Source of the DNA: Escherichia phage vB_vPM_PD06
DNA: 64,000 nucleotides
Reading direction: 5' to 3' (one strand)
Sequence record: NC_052653.1
In this document: positions 35,830 through 47,059 of the stretch, piece by piece
Layout: each line of letters opens with the position of its first letter
How positions within the stretch are numbered: position 1 is the first letter of the stretch
The notes under the pieces: generated by a model
Databases searched by the model: none
The model's input: the letters and a program-made list of their open reading frames with translations, nothing else
What the model was told of the DNA's origin: nothing
Made by a program: the position numbers and the translations under genes

Positions 35830-37947
35830 TTATATTAAACCATACACTACATTGTGTATTGTTAAACTGCCAATCGAGTTCCCAACATTAAAATTCACCT
35901 CAGCCTTGTATGCTCCTTGAGGGACTGAATCCACTAAAGCATAAAAATTGAATGTGTCGCCTACTGGGATGTTATACCCTATGGAATCCGCAACAGCATT
36001 TCCTTGCTGGTCCAGGAATCTAATTGACGCCAGGGTTGTTGTTAGATTTTTAGCCCAAAAACCAAGCTGAAAATAACGACCAGGCTCACAATCAATGATT
36101 GTTTGGGTGAAATTAGCTGCTGCCTCAGCTGATGGTACAGATAAAACAAAAGAAGTTGAAAACATTAAATCATTAGGAACATCGTTTGCTGTAGTAGCAG
36201 TGACAACTCCTGTTCCAGTTTGCGATAGTGTCCAGTTAGATGTGTTTAAAAACTGTCCTGAGCCATTACTGATGCTATTAATATAAGGGCTTACAATGCT
36301 CCCTAAATTCCAGTTACTTGTGATAAATCCTGCCCGTGGATAGCACCCTCTGGACATTACTTTTTTGCTCGCGCCACCTATCAACTGTCTTGTGGGAAAT
36401 CCAGTAGCAATCGTTGTATTCCCATAGAGGGATAACGAGCAATTATTTAGGCTAACAACCCCATCGCCGTTGCTAACAATAGGTACACTGGTATACCCGT
36501 CTGGGAGTAGTATCGTCGAATTACTGACGGTTAATCGTGAACTGCCCTCCACAGTAAACCCAACGAAACTCTGACCAGGTTGGTACTCAATGTTACCGTT
36601 TGTGAAAACCACTGTTGCGTTATCGGATAGCGCAACAGCAGGGTCAAAATATCCTGATTTTTTACCTGCTGGCAGAGAGCAGCCATCGAATATAAATTGA
36701 CCATTAACAAATGTGAAAGGTCCACCGTTGTCAACCATCCAACAATGATTAAATCTTATAACTTCACCGGAATTTGCTGGTGAATTGAAAATAACAGAAT
36801 TTGTAAAACTTCTGGACAACGCACATTTATCAAAAAGAATACGATATGCATTATCAAGAAACTCAATCCCGGCAGTTGAGATAAACCCACTATTAGAGAT
36901 TCTTAACTCTGATACTTCACCACTGGTAGAACCACCGATAGCCAATTTCCTGGAACCTTTCCCGACGAATGACACACCACTAATCAAAGAAGTTGCGTTA
37001 ATTGCATCTCTGTTAGTGTAATCAGCGCCTGTATTAATGATGGTTAGGTAGTAGTCACCGGTTACAGATGAAGATTCTGTTAAAGTACATTTATTTTTTC
37101 CAATAAGTGCGCCTTTTGCTATGTCGAAAATAATTGGTGTTGTTATCTCTCCTGAAACAGGGACTACACAGTCAAACCCGGCAGCGTTTATTGTGTTGAT
37201 GAATACCGCCAAATCTTCGGTTCCAGTATAACCAGCATCATACACATCCACGGAACCATTGAAGAATTTTCTTTTCCATACCACACCGTTTCCGGGGAAG
37301 GTAACAATATTGTCTATAGCTGTATCCGCGCTAACAGCTACCATAATACCACCACCAAAGTTAAAACCGCTCACATACGAATCAAGTATTATGGAATCAC
37401 CAATTGATCCTGATATTGATGATAACTCAGAAACTGATGATGCAGTTCCTATATAAGACAAGCCATTTGTTTTATTTAAATCACCCCTCAGGGTGGCATC
37501 ACCAACACTAGCCCACGCACTAGGACCAACACCACCGGTTGATGTAGGGGTTGAGTCAGCGGGAACAGCTTTAGGGAAAGCACCACCCCATGTATAGCAC
37601 TGTCCACCTGCAATATACCAAACAGCATCAGTATTATTATTTAATGTAGCACCATCCTCAAAGCTACCATCAACAAGTGTTAACCCCGCTTCAGCAAGAC
37701 TACGACGCCACTGTTCACGATCATTAAGAAGATTGTTATTCAACTCTTCCTGAACAGTATTACCATTTGAGGATTGTATTAAATCTGCTCCATCTGTATC
37801 TTTCAACTGGGTGGCTAAAACCACCCCAGTGTCAGTAAGAAAATTAGAAACTGTGCTTTTAACGGTCTTATCAGGTTGGTCTAAAACTAGGTAATCAGAA
37901 CCATTAACTTTTGATGTTTCCGGTAAATTAGTAATTGTAGTTGACAT
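35830..37947 (-). CDS. tailspike protein (beta-helix-like) sharing an N-terminal motif with the collagen-like fibre
   Basis: CYTWGGAFPKAVPADSTPTSTGGVGPSAWASVG closely matches YYQWKGSLPKVVPANSTPTSTGGISDTAWKNVG in the 26579..28549 protein; the remainder is Gly/Asn/Ser/Thr-rich repetitive beta sequence. Confidence 0.55.
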   Translation of the reverse strand: MSTTITNLPETSKVNGSDYLVLDQPDKTVKSTVSNFLTDTGVVLATQLKDTDGADLIQSSNGNTVQEELNNNLLNDREQWRRSLAEAGLTLVDGSFEDGATLNNNTDAVWYIAGGQCYTWGGAFPKAVPADSTPTSTGGVGPSAWASVGDATLRGDLNKTNGLSYIGTASSVSELSSISGSIGDSIILDSYVSGFNFGGGIMVAVSADTAIDNIVTFPGNGVVWKRKFFNGSVDVYDAGYTGTEDLAVFINTINAAGFDCVVPVSGEITTPIIFDIAKGALIGKNKCTLTESSSVTGDYYLTIINTGADYTNRDAINATSLISGVSFVGKGSRKLAIGGSTSGEVSELRISNSGFISTAGIEFLDNAYRILFDKCALSRSFTNSVIFNSPANSGEVIRFNHCWMVDNGGPFTFVNGQFIFDGCSLPAGKKSGYFDPAVALSDNATVVFTNGNIEYQPGQSFVGFTVEGSSRLTVSNSTILLPDGYTSVPIVSNGDGVVSLNNCSLSLYGNTTIATGFPTRQLIGGASKKVMSRGCYPRAGFITSNWNLGSIVSPYINSISNGSGQFLNTSNWTLSQTGTGVVTATTANDVPNDLMFSTSFVLSVPSAEAAANFTQTIIDCEPGRYFQLGFWAKNLTTTLASIRFLDQQGNAVADSIGYNIPVGDTFNFYALVDSVPQGAYKAEVNFNVGNSIGSLTIHNVVYGLI

Positions 37948-37955
37948 TTTTACTC

Positions 37956-40115
37956 CTATATATAAAATTTTTGTGTTGTTACTAAATCTTCTCCAGATTT
38001 AGTGGCTAATGTAATTCCACTTATAGTGGCAATCTCAACATTTACCTGTTTAAGAGTGATATCTTGCAAGTAGCAATTCAAAGGCACATTACCCATATAA
38101 AACACTTGGGATTTTGAATTAAGAACAGTTATTGAATCATGCATTATTTGTGGGTAAGCCCATATGTATTGATATAAACCAACAAACTTCTGATCATTCA
38201 ATACAATATTACCTATAATCATTTTCCACAAATATGTTCTGTAGTCTGATTCAGGATCAAAGCCATATAATGGTGCTAGAGTTGCGTCTGGAACAAACCC
38301 TGCAAGATAATGTATCTTATCATAACTAAAACCTAGTTGCTCATTAGGTATTTTGATAGCGTCGAAAGATCTTTCCATCTGACCTTCCAACAACCAGTCA
38401 TAACATTCTGAACAATAAAAGTCAAAGTTTTCTGGGATATAATAATCTTTAGGGAAGTTAACAAACTCCATCATACCGTTACCTAAAATGGATGGCACAA
38501 ATGGTAATAATGTAACTTTAGCTCCAGGATAGGCTAATTTAGTATCTGTTGCAAATTTAGCAACACGCAGTCCTAATGTTTTAGATAGGAATGCATAATA
38601 TTCATCATATGGTGTACCAGTTTTATAATTCTTAACTGTACCAACATCTTGTGCATATAATCCAGTTTCATTATTAAATGCAACTTTGGTTGCATAATCA
38701 TAAATACACGGGAGATTGGTAGCTGTGTTATACCACCACCACGGTTCACCAACCTGAATAATAACAGGAAGATCATTGGCAGCGGATATAGAAGCTATCT
38801 TATTTATTACACCTTGTAAATAATTCATCCCTTCATCAATTGAAGGAGATAAAACATAACTTGGTGGCTCATAACCTGTAGCAGCCAGATCATCATTCCA
38901 AGTATGTTGTACCCATTCTACAGGACACACTGTACTCATAAGTTCAAAACTTAAGGAGTTCATTACTGTGTAGCCCATAGCTTTTGCATTAGCGTGGAAA
39001 TTATCAAACCAGGCTTCTGTTGCTGGGTTTAAATATTCTGTTCTATTCAAAGCCCATTTATTAGATCCAGCATCCCAACTAAATTGATAATAGTGTGACA
39101 TACCATTATAATGGTTAATCATATCTCTATAACCTAATCTATAGGTGTTAGAAATAACTCGCTCTGGGGTTAGGTTATACATATCATCATAAGATGTACA
39201 CATTCTTATGGTGTGTGCTGGAACATTTAAATTACCCATATTCATCATACTATAACCCGTATCAGGTTCCAGTATGGTAAACTTAAAGGAAAGATCCTCA
39301 TTGTCTACAGGAATAATATCTTCAATTTCTTGATACCTTGTGGAGATCAAGGAGAAGAACATATTATCTATCTGTGTAGTGTCAACAACAATATCATTTT
39401 CTGGCCCAGATTTTAAATTTGAGAAATCTAATTTTATTGTTGCTGTTTTACCATCCTCTGAAACTTCTTCTGCATAAAAGTTTAGAGATACATAATGAAC
39501 TGTTTCATCCTTCAGTGTCACTGTTAAGGATGGCAATAATTTTTCTTCTTTTAATCCAGGAACACCTTGACTAAGTTCCATTTTAAACCAAAGTTTCTCT
39601 TTACTTAAGTCAGAATGTTCTTGGTAGCCTAATCCTTTGTGATCATATTTATCGTAAGTTGACCAAATAATCCCAGCAAGACCAGCCACTGTCCTATTAA
39701 CCATTCTTGCTGTGAAAGAATCACCATTAGAGATAATAGAACAACTTTCTGTTGCTTGAGAATCTATTGTCCAAAACTTAGGATCAAACATTCTAGACTT
39801 CACAACAGGCCAAGTTAGCGGGGTTGTATTCGATTGATTAGTCGTAATAACACAACGAATTTCTTCATTGATCATCATGTTATTTTGACTTATGCTAGTA
39901 ATCTCAAGAGTAAAATAAAGATCTAAAGAGTTTGCCGGACGTTCATATACATCAACCACCACAGTAGCAGAATCTGCATCAGAAGGGAACGTTACTGTTC
40001 CCTGTTTAGCTACATAATCTCTACCAGCGACCGCCGTTCCATCGACGGTCTTATAGCTGAATGAACTGGCATTTACTCTCGTATTTCGAGTTACAGTAAA
40101 AATAGCCTGTTTCAT
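37956..40115 (-). CDS. large hypothetical structural protein
   Basis: 719 aa; late module. Confidence 0.45.
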   Translation of the reverse strand: MKQAIFTVTRNTRVNASSFSYKTVDGTAVAGRDYVAKQGTVTFPSDADSATVVVDVYERPANSLDLYFTLEITSISQNNMMINEEIRCVITTNQSNTTPLTWPVVKSRMFDPKFWTIDSQATESCSIISNGDSFTARMVNRTVAGLAGIIWSTYDKYDHKGLGYQEHSDLSKEKLWFKMELSQGVPGLKEEKLLPSLTVTLKDETVHYVSLNFYAEEVSEDGKTATIKLDFSNLKSGPENDIVVDTTQIDNMFFSLISTRYQEIEDIIPVDNEDLSFKFTILEPDTGYSMMNMGNLNVPAHTIRMCTSYDDMYNLTPERVISNTYRLGYRDMINHYNGMSHYYQFSWDAGSNKWALNRTEYLNPATEAWFDNFHANAKAMGYTVMNSLSFELMSTVCPVEWVQHTWNDDLAATGYEPPSYVLSPSIDEGMNYLQGVINKIASISAANDLPVIIQVGEPWWWYNTATNLPCIYDYATKVAFNNETGLYAQDVGTVKNYKTGTPYDEYYAFLSKTLGLRVAKFATDTKLAYPGAKVTLLPFVPSILGNGMMEFVNFPKDYYIPENFDFYCSECYDWLLEGQMERSFDAIKIPNEQLGFSYDKIHYLAGFVPDATLAPLYGFDPESDYRTYLWKMIIGNIVLNDQKFVGLYQYIWAYPQIMHDSITVLNSKSQVFYMGNVPLNCYLQDITLKQVNVEIATISGITLATKSGEDLVTTQKFYI

Positions 40116-40123
40116 TATTTTCC

Positions 40124-43000
40124 TTATTTGGTTACATCAACACTAATATCATTCATAGTTAGAACAGTTAGTGTTGGTATGTTACTATTATCCAAAATTG
40201 GTAAAGCGTTTTGAGGGTTTAGTTTACGATACAAGGCATATAAACCAAAACCACGTAATAGTTCTCCAGCATGGAAACCAAAGAACATTCCGTTATCTGA
40301 ATCTGGGCGTGGTGCAACACTCCAGGAACCATTCATCGGATGGTTAGGGGAAAGCACAATATAGTTTTGCTGAATCAGATCAAAACATCTGTCTGCTACA
40401 ATACCAATGTTTGGAATTTGTGAATCATAACCTGCCAAGCCCATGATTGAACAACCCGCCATAAACAGTGCAGACATATGACTAGTAAAGTCATCTATAG
40501 GTGCAAGAACTGTACCATCTGGATTAAAGATAGTTGGTGTTCTTCCATCATTATTGTCTTGGAACCATTTAAGGTAGTTGATCCAATTTTTACAAACAGT
40601 TACTAGTTTTTCAGGAGGTGTTTCTCCTCTTTGTACAAGTTCGTATACAGCATGACAAGCACAGTAGAATGCACGAGCTTCATAACCATCCCACGCTTTT
40701 TCATTCCAGTGTTTCATTGTAAACGTATTAGGTTCACCGTATTTTCTTGCATCCCAACGATCCCACACATATGCTTGTGCCATAGGCCCAGGCATCACAG
40801 GATCAAACGTGTTATAAAACCACATTTGAGCATCATACAAGAAATCAATACTGTTGTTTAAACGTGTCCAATCAATATCCCTACCTGCGAAACAGTATAA
40901 GGAAGGATACTGGTATCCTGGGTATGGAATACCACGCCATCCATCGTATAATGCAGTGTTTGGGTCACTGATATTAGAGAATGGAATTATTCCTGGTGTG
41001 TAATTAAGACTATTTAACTTATAGTCAATAATAGTACAATCACCTAACTTAGCAGTATGAGGATTTGAAGCCTGTACAGTAATACGGAAGTACATGGTAT
41101 AATCATCACCAGAAGATGACGAATATCTTTCAGGTACATCGTTAATACAATAGAAATCTATTGTTCCTGTTAAACCATTGACAGGAGCCGTATCAAGAAC
41201 TAAATTTACCTGATCTACAGCAGTAAGATTTATTGCTGAAGGTTTAGGATCTGTTTCTGGATGATTAGGCTGGTAAGCACTTAACTTAAAAGCAGAGGCT
41301 GATAAAGTCTTCGTACTCCATGCCCCTTGCGTTTTAGGCAGCATAGCCCACCATCTCCAACCTTGAGCATCCGTGATAGTCATGTTAAAGTCATCTTCAT
41401 ATGTTCTATATGTAATAGACTTAACATTAGCTTTTGATGTAGGAGTTAACCAAAAACCAACAGTGATACCACCATCCGTATCCATTGATGCAGTAACAAT
41501 CTGGTCATTATTAGTTCCAGCAATACCTGTTACATACTTATATTGTACCACAGTATTGTCACCCCAGTCAACAATAATTCGCGGATCTGCGATAATATAT
41601 GTTCCACCACTAGGAGGGGTACTTCTCATAAAGCTGGATAGTGGAATATCCATGCTTGTCATATTAGCTGTACCTAGTGGTAAGCCACAACGGTAAGTTA
41701 CTGTGTTATTTTCATCTTTGGTCTTACTTAATTCCAACTCTGGACGGAAAAGAATACCATGTCCTGCGTCATCTACACCTTGAAACTGAACTCGTAATTT
41801 AGAGTTCTGATCAACTTTAAACCAAATGGATTGCTGTTCTAATGTTGTTTGAGCAGCAACATCTTGTCTAATAACAATATAACCTAAAGTATCTCTTGAA
41901 TATTTAGGTATTGCTGTAGATGGATACGAATAATCGTAAGAGATGCCATCTGTAAACGGAATAGTTGCATATGTAGACTTACGGAAGAATTTATCAAACA
42001 TATCAATGTTTGAGTAATCTTGACACACTAACAGTGAAGATTGCCAGCATAGCCAATATTTTCTTTCTCCTGTAATTTGGTACATCAGGTAATTAGCATC
42101 ACACCACCAAGTTTCGGCATCTGACGCATTATCCTGAAAGCCAATTTCTACCGGAACGTTAACTGGTCTGTTATGCCACATAGTGTTACGCTCCATTAAA
42201 TAACCACCGTGTTCAACAGGGTTACAAGTCGCATAGTTAAATTTATATGTACCGTTTACAGAAGTATTTTTTAGTTGAACTGTTCCGTATTGAGATGTTG
42301 GAAAACCTTCTTCTAAGATATTTCCATCCCAATCAACTTTACGTCCTAGACGATCAATGATCCAATCAACATCCCATTGATCTCCATTCTTAGACCAATC
42401 TGTTGTACCATCTGCATTAACAGCATATACTGTAGCGTTTACAGAGTTCCATCCTAGATTACCATTAAAAGCAAACCATGCTTTATCAAGGTATTCTCCC
42501 CAATGTGGAGCACCATGAGGAATAACTGTTCTACCGTTAGTCCACGTCATTAAGCTACCCTTAAAACCTCCGTGTGTAGGGTAGCCATCATCTGTAAGAG
42601 GATAGTGTGCAAGACGTGGTTCTTTACCGTTAATAATCCAGTTAGGGCGATATTTTGCTGGCGGATCTGGGATAGGTTGACCACCAAAGAAGTAATCTAT
42701 ATAGGCTTGCCAATATTTTTTAGCAGAGTCTAAATACTTTGTATCGCCGGAAGCCAGGTATGCATAAGCGCAACCAAGAATAAGCACGGATTGACCTTCT
42801 GTTGTAGCATCCCCGTTTGGTTGCCCTTCTTGAGCAGTCCAGTTTATAAAGTGTCTGTTATTAGCTAGAACGTTTTGTGGGTTTAATACATAGTGTTGCA
42901 CTGTAGGATCTACAGTTAAACCTGTATTACGATCTAAGAACTGAATATGTCCATCGATCAGTTGAAAAACATTGTCAATTCTGTGCTTAATTCTTGACAT
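40124..43000 (-). CDS. large hypothetical structural protein (baseplate/tail)
   Basis: 958 aa, Trp/Tyr/Asn-rich; late module. Confidence 0.45.
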   Translation of the reverse strand: MSRIKHRIDNVFQLIDGHIQFLDRNTGLTVDPTVQHYVLNPQNVLANNRHFINWTAQEGQPNGDATTEGQSVLILGCAYAYLASGDTKYLDSAKKYWQAYIDYFFGGQPIPDPPAKYRPNWIINGKEPRLAHYPLTDDGYPTHGGFKGSLMTWTNGRTVIPHGAPHWGEYLDKAWFAFNGNLGWNSVNATVYAVNADGTTDWSKNGDQWDVDWIIDRLGRKVDWDGNILEEGFPTSQYGTVQLKNTSVNGTYKFNYATCNPVEHGGYLMERNTMWHNRPVNVPVEIGFQDNASDAETWWCDANYLMYQITGERKYWLCWQSSLLVCQDYSNIDMFDKFFRKSTYATIPFTDGISYDYSYPSTAIPKYSRDTLGYIVIRQDVAAQTTLEQQSIWFKVDQNSKLRVQFQGVDDAGHGILFRPELELSKTKDENNTVTYRCGLPLGTANMTSMDIPLSSFMRSTPPSGGTYIIADPRIIVDWGDNTVVQYKYVTGIAGTNNDQIVTASMDTDGGITVGFWLTPTSKANVKSITYRTYEDDFNMTITDAQGWRWWAMLPKTQGAWSTKTLSASAFKLSAYQPNHPETDPKPSAINLTAVDQVNLVLDTAPVNGLTGTIDFYCINDVPERYSSSSGDDYTMYFRITVQASNPHTAKLGDCTIIDYKLNSLNYTPGIIPFSNISDPNTALYDGWRGIPYPGYQYPSLYCFAGRDIDWTRLNNSIDFLYDAQMWFYNTFDPVMPGPMAQAYVWDRWDARKYGEPNTFTMKHWNEKAWDGYEARAFYCACHAVYELVQRGETPPEKLVTVCKNWINYLKWFQDNNDGRTPTIFNPDGTVLAPIDDFTSHMSALFMAGCSIMGLAGYDSQIPNIGIVADRCFDLIQQNYIVLSPNHPMNGSWSVAPRPDSDNGMFFGFHAGELLRGFGLYALYRKLNPQNALPILDNSNIPTLTVLTMNDISVDVTK

Positions 43001-43473
43001 TAAATCACTCCTGCCATCACTAAACTACCTATCCAGGTAGCTCCATTATCATAACTAACAAATTCAAAAATATCTGTAGCTCCCTGTTTATAACTCAAAA
43101 CAGGAGCTCGACCAAAACTCCATTTAACAGATTGAGGCCACGTTACTTTATTTGCTCCACTTCCTTGACGTAGGGATAGAGTAAAGTTTTGAACAATGTT
43201 AGTTGTAACTGGAACATTACTAAATGAAATACTGCAAGTTGGACTAGATAAAGTGGCAGAGAAATACTCTGCCGTGCTAATATCTAAAGCTAGGGTATTT
43301 GTAACAGTACCCCTTGCAGAAAGACGATTTCGTGTAACACCAGCACCAGCAAGAAGAACACGTAATGATGTTTTCTTAGTGATGCCTGATTGATCTGTTA
43401 CAAAATAATCTGTGTCTGAAACAGATGTTGTTACAGGTAGATCAGACACCTTGATTGTAGTTAAATCAGCCAT
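43000..43473 (-). CDS. hypothetical structural protein
   Basis: ORF track; start overlaps the upstream stop. Confidence 0.4.
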   Translation of the reverse strand: MADLTTIKVSDLPVTTSVSDTDYFVTDQSGITKKTSLRVLLAGAGVTRNRLSARGTVTNTLALDISTAEYFSATLSSPTCSISFSNVPVTTNIVQNFTLSLRQGSGANKVTWPQSVKWSFGRAPVLSYKQGATDIFEFVSYDNGATWIGSLVMAGVI

Positions 43474-44101
43474 TATTATTTGTAGCTCCCATTGTTGCTG
43501 TTATAGCATAGTTGTAATTGGTTGCAAGACCTTTATTGGCTTCGTTAACAAGGTATTTTTCAAGCAATGCCTCGTTAGACCACTCATTCCACCAAGTAGA
43601 ATAAGTATCTTTAGGAAGACCAACAATGTTAATAAAGCGATAGAGTCTATTTGCAGATTCAACAATTTCAAATGCTTCACAAGTGATTGCTGCATTATCA
43701 TCACCAGCCTCTGGATAGATATATTCTTCAGACGGCTGTGTACTGAATAGAGCACTAACAACTTGTTCACCAACTGTAACAGTAACGTTCATTGAGTAAT
43801 ACCTATCATCTCTATCATAAGAGGATGTGTAGGAATTAATATTATCTATATAAACATTACTTGCGATAGTTGATAAGAAAATGCGATCAACAATCTCTTT
43901 CTTCTTGGCAACACCAATAATCTCTTGCAGATATGGAACCCCAAAATTAGAGTTGAGGAACCATTCTCCACGGAAAGTTCTAAGTGTTATTCCAAGCGTC
44001 TGTGCTGCAATTTCACTTTTAGTTGTGGTTAGTGTTAAATCACCATCCACCATTACTAAATCGTTAGAACCATCAAGTTTTAAATCAAATGGTATTCCCA
44101 T
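43466..44101 (-). CDS. hypothetical baseplate protein
   Basis: ORF track. Confidence 0.4.
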   Translation of the reverse strand: MGIPFDLKLDGSNDLVMVDGDLTLTTTKSEIAAQTLGITLRTFRGEWFLNSNFGVPYLQEIIGVAKKKEIVDRIFLSTIASNVYIDNINSYTSSYDRDDRYYSMNVTVTVGEQVVSALFSTQPSEEYIYPEAGDDNAAITCEAFEIVESANRLYRFINIVGLPKDTYSTWWNEWSNEALLEKYLVNEANKGLATNYNYAITATMGATNNNG

Positions 44102-44104
44102 CTG

Positions 44105-44842
44105 TTAACCTCCATTTGGTTTGTCGGAAGTAACAGTGCTACCACCAGTTTCAACACCGCGTACAGGGTGTGTATGTGTGTGTAAACCAATGCCGCCACT
44201 ATCTTTCATACGACCGTCAGGTGTGATTGTTAAACCGTTTAAATTTACAGTGCCACCTTTATATGTCATAGTCCCACCTTGCAGTGTAAGTTTTCCTCCT
44301 CCTGCATCAGTAAGAACGATACTGTCTGGTGTCATATCTATTTTCATACCTTGTGTGTTGTACACAGATATATTACCGTTAGGATCAAACGAAGCGTAAG
44401 TTTGCTTATTATTTGAGATAACAACTTTTTCAGAATCTACTTCTTCTGAAGAATCTGTAGCTGTTGCTATCTTAGGAATAAAACAGGCTGGATACAAACC
44501 ACAAGGTTGAATTAATGTTCCGCTGCTGGCTGTATCCCCGTCTGTCTGGAAAGCATTCGACGGATCTCTTTCTGAAAAGACAACAACACCAATATCTCCT
44601 GCTTTAATTGGAAATGAAATTCTACCTGTACCACCACCATTTACCATAAAAGGAACATCGTGGAATGTTGGGTAATCTATTTCATCTTCAGTAGATCTGG
44701 TATTTTTTACGATAGATTCTAAAGTTACTGTCTTAGATCCATAATCTACACCAATTACCCTTACAGGTAAAGATGTATGTACTTCCGCAACTTGCTCGTT
44801 GATTAATCCACGGATTGCTGTTACAAAATTTAAAGCATCCAT
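44105..44842 (-). CDS. putative baseplate spike/assembly protein
   Basis: Gly-rich beta-type C-terminus (KLTLQGGTMTYKGGTVNLNGLTITPDG); position among baseplate genes. Confidence 0.4.
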   Translation of the reverse strand: MDALNFVTAIRGLINEQVAEVHTSLPVRVIGVDYGSKTVTLESIVKNTRSTEDEIDYPTFHDVPFMVNGGGTGRISFPIKAGDIGVVVFSERDPSNAFQTDGDTASSGTLIQPCGLYPACFIPKIATATDSSEEVDSEKVVISNNKQTYASFDPNGNISVYNTQGMKIDMTPDSIVLTDAGGGKLTLQGGTMTYKGGTVNLNGLTITPDGRMKDSGGIGLHTHTHPVRGVETGGSTVTSDKPNGG

Positions 44843-44844
44843 TT

Positions 44845-45855
44845 CTAGCCCTTCTTAATAATTGCAGATACAGATACAGACTCTACTTCAGTTGTCCAGT
44901 CTTTACCTTCCCTATCTCCTGTATGAACAACAGATACTACCTTAAAACCACCATCGTAGTTATGGCTCTTGAGCCAAACAGTTTTTTCTGGTAGGATAGC
45001 ACCGTTCATTTCACATCTGAACTTAACACCATCTGTAGGCTTTTTAGCTTTCTTAGAAGATTTAGTTACTTTTTGTGTCGGTTTAATATCGTTGTGGAAA
45101 GGTTCTGGACTACCAATTAAACCTGTTTCTGCACTAATATATGCGCATCTTGCACTAGACATTTGTGATCTTGGTGTTACGTAAACAGATCCGTCTTGTA
45201 TTGACACATTATGATCAATACCTTTACAGATACTTTCTAAGTAATGTGATGTGTTCCCACACATAGCTGTTGCAGATGATAAAGTTTTCTCTGTGTCTAC
45301 GTGAATATTACCTTCTGTAGTACCTAAATCTTTAACTAAATCTTTAACAACCTTACTTACTTTTGTACCTTTCGGATAACTTCTGCTTGTCCTTGCTTCG
45401 GAGATGTTAATACCACCATCCAGACAATGTAACACTGTACGTCTGTCTGTATTGTTAAAGGTATCACTCACCCATTGCACCGTTCCCTTAAAGATCATAA
45501 TTAACTCTTGACCTTCATAACCTACCGCTAAAGCAACAGCCAAGTTGTTACGAATACCTTTGTTAATATAATTAACAGTATCATCACTTAGGTTATAAAT
45601 AGTTATCTCGGCTTGATTAGGATCTTTGTTATTATCTTTTCTTATTGTGAAAGATATTTGGTGCTCCGTAATAACATACAAGTTAGGGGTTGATTTTTTA
45701 GCATCCCCTAGTTTAGTATCTAAGTCTACTGTAGATTTGAAAGAGGAATTTTTTGTCCTTTTTTCTTTAGTATTAGTAGCTGTACCTATTAACAGTTTGT
45801 ATGCTCTGTTTAGATTTGGTGCAGGAGCTTTTGTGTAATTTCTTTCTTCTGCCAT
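44845..45855 (-). CDS. hypothetical baseplate protein
   Basis: ORF track. Confidence 0.4.
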   Translation of the reverse strand: MAEERNYTKAPAPNLNRAYKLLIGTATNTKEKRTKNSSFKSTVDLDTKLGDAKKSTPNLYVITEHQISFTIRKDNNKDPNQAEITIYNLSDDTVNYINKGIRNNLAVALAVGYEGQELIMIFKGTVQWVSDTFNNTDRRTVLHCLDGGINISEARTSRSYPKGTKVSKVVKDLVKDLGTTEGNIHVDTEKTLSSATAMCGNTSHYLESICKGIDHNVSIQDGSVYVTPRSQMSSARCAYISAETGLIGSPEPFHNDIKPTQKVTKSSKKAKKPTDGVKFRCEMNGAILPEKTVWLKSHNYDGGFKVVSVVHTGDREGKDWTTEVESVSVSAIIKKG

Positions 45856-45870
45856 TTAAAACTCCTTTTA

Positions 45871-46290
45871 TCATGCTTGATATGGAAGAGCGTCGATATA
45901 AACCAAAGCAAATCTTTTATCTACACCTGTGTCATAGTAATTAGGTCTACCGTTTATTTTAACAGTATCTACCAAATAGAGTTGACCATCCGGTACAGAT
46001 TCTATATACTTATATGGTTCTAGAAGATCTAAACCATTGGTTACTTTAAAAGTTACACTAGGATTGTCTCCTGATAATCCTAATTGCATTTGCCAGGATT
46101 GATCTCTTGTATTCCATCTCAAACGTATATCATAATCTACTCCATCGAGAGTTACCGTATATGTTTGGTCTGGGTACTGTTCTGTAGGTAAGTACCAAGA
46201 ATAATAACCTAAATTTCGATCAATAAATACTGCATTGTAGCCACTATTAGATGTGCTTCTACTGATCTTTGAATAAGATGAAATAGCCAA
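45871..46290 (-). CDS. hypothetical structural protein
   Basis: ORF track. Confidence 0.4.
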   Translation of the reverse strand: MAISSYSKISRSTSNSGYNAVFIDRNLGYYSWYLPTEQYPDQTYTVTLDGVDYDIRLRWNTRDQSWQMQLGLSGDNPSVTFKVTNGLDLLEPYKYIESVPDGQLYLVDTVKINGRPNYYDTGVDKRFALVYIDALPYQA

Positions 46291-46301
46291 AAATTTTCTC
46301 C

Positions 46302-47012
46302 TTATTTTTTACCATCTGCACTGTGATCACTAAGATGTTCTGTACCAGTTGCTTTCCCTGTTCTTGCATCCAAATCAGCATCTGGACTAGTACCTTTCTT
46401 GTTTTTAACACCTGTATTCTTATTTGGTTTTGTCTTAAGTGCAATAGCATTTGTTTCCCCGTAGGAAACTAATCTTACTTGTTCAAATTCCAAGTCAAAT
46501 TGCATTGCATATTCTGTTTGATATTCATATGATATGCCTTTCAAAATAACATTCTCATACACCTTATGTTCTGTTATTAAAATGATAGGCTGTCTTTCAT
46601 CAAATATTTTATCTAAGTAAGTAATTGCTTGACTGATACGAGTACCGTTAACACCAGCACTATATAGCATATCTCGCATCAATCTCACAGGTGTCTCTGT
46701 AATCATTCCTGATAAAGAGAAAGTATTATTTTTAACTTGAACGTGATCAGATACGTTAGCTCCATTTTCTACAGGATAACTAGTTACATCTGCTTGACGT
46801 TTTACACCGATATTTGGAACAGCATCAAAAACTATAGCTTGGTAGTTTTGAATATATTGATCACTTGCACTATTGTAAACGCTTGCTAAAATACAAAAAC
46901 CATTCTCCCCTTTCACAGTAGAGGCAGAGTTATTTGTGTTTTTTGTAGAGTTTATATCTTGTTCCGCTTTATAAACCGCTTGAACGTGTTGTTCTGGAGT
47001 GTTTGCTGCCAT
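46302..47012 (-). CDS. hypothetical structural protein
   Basis: ORF track; first gene after the tape-measure terminator/promoter. Confidence 0.4.
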   Translation of the reverse strand: MAANTPEQHVQAVYKAEQDINSTKNTNNSASTVKGENGFCILASVYNSASDQYIQNYQAIVFDAVPNIGVKRQADVTSYPVENGANVSDHVQVKNNTFSLSGMITETPVRLMRDMLYSAGVNGTRISQAITYLDKIFDERQPIILITEHKVYENVILKGISYEYQTEYAMQFDLEFEQVRLVSYGETNAIALKTKPNKNTGVKNKKGTSPDADLDARTGKATGTEHLSDHSADGKK

Positions 47013-47059
47013 ATAATTTTACCTCTTAATGTGATAAGAAACATTCTCCCTTATCACTC

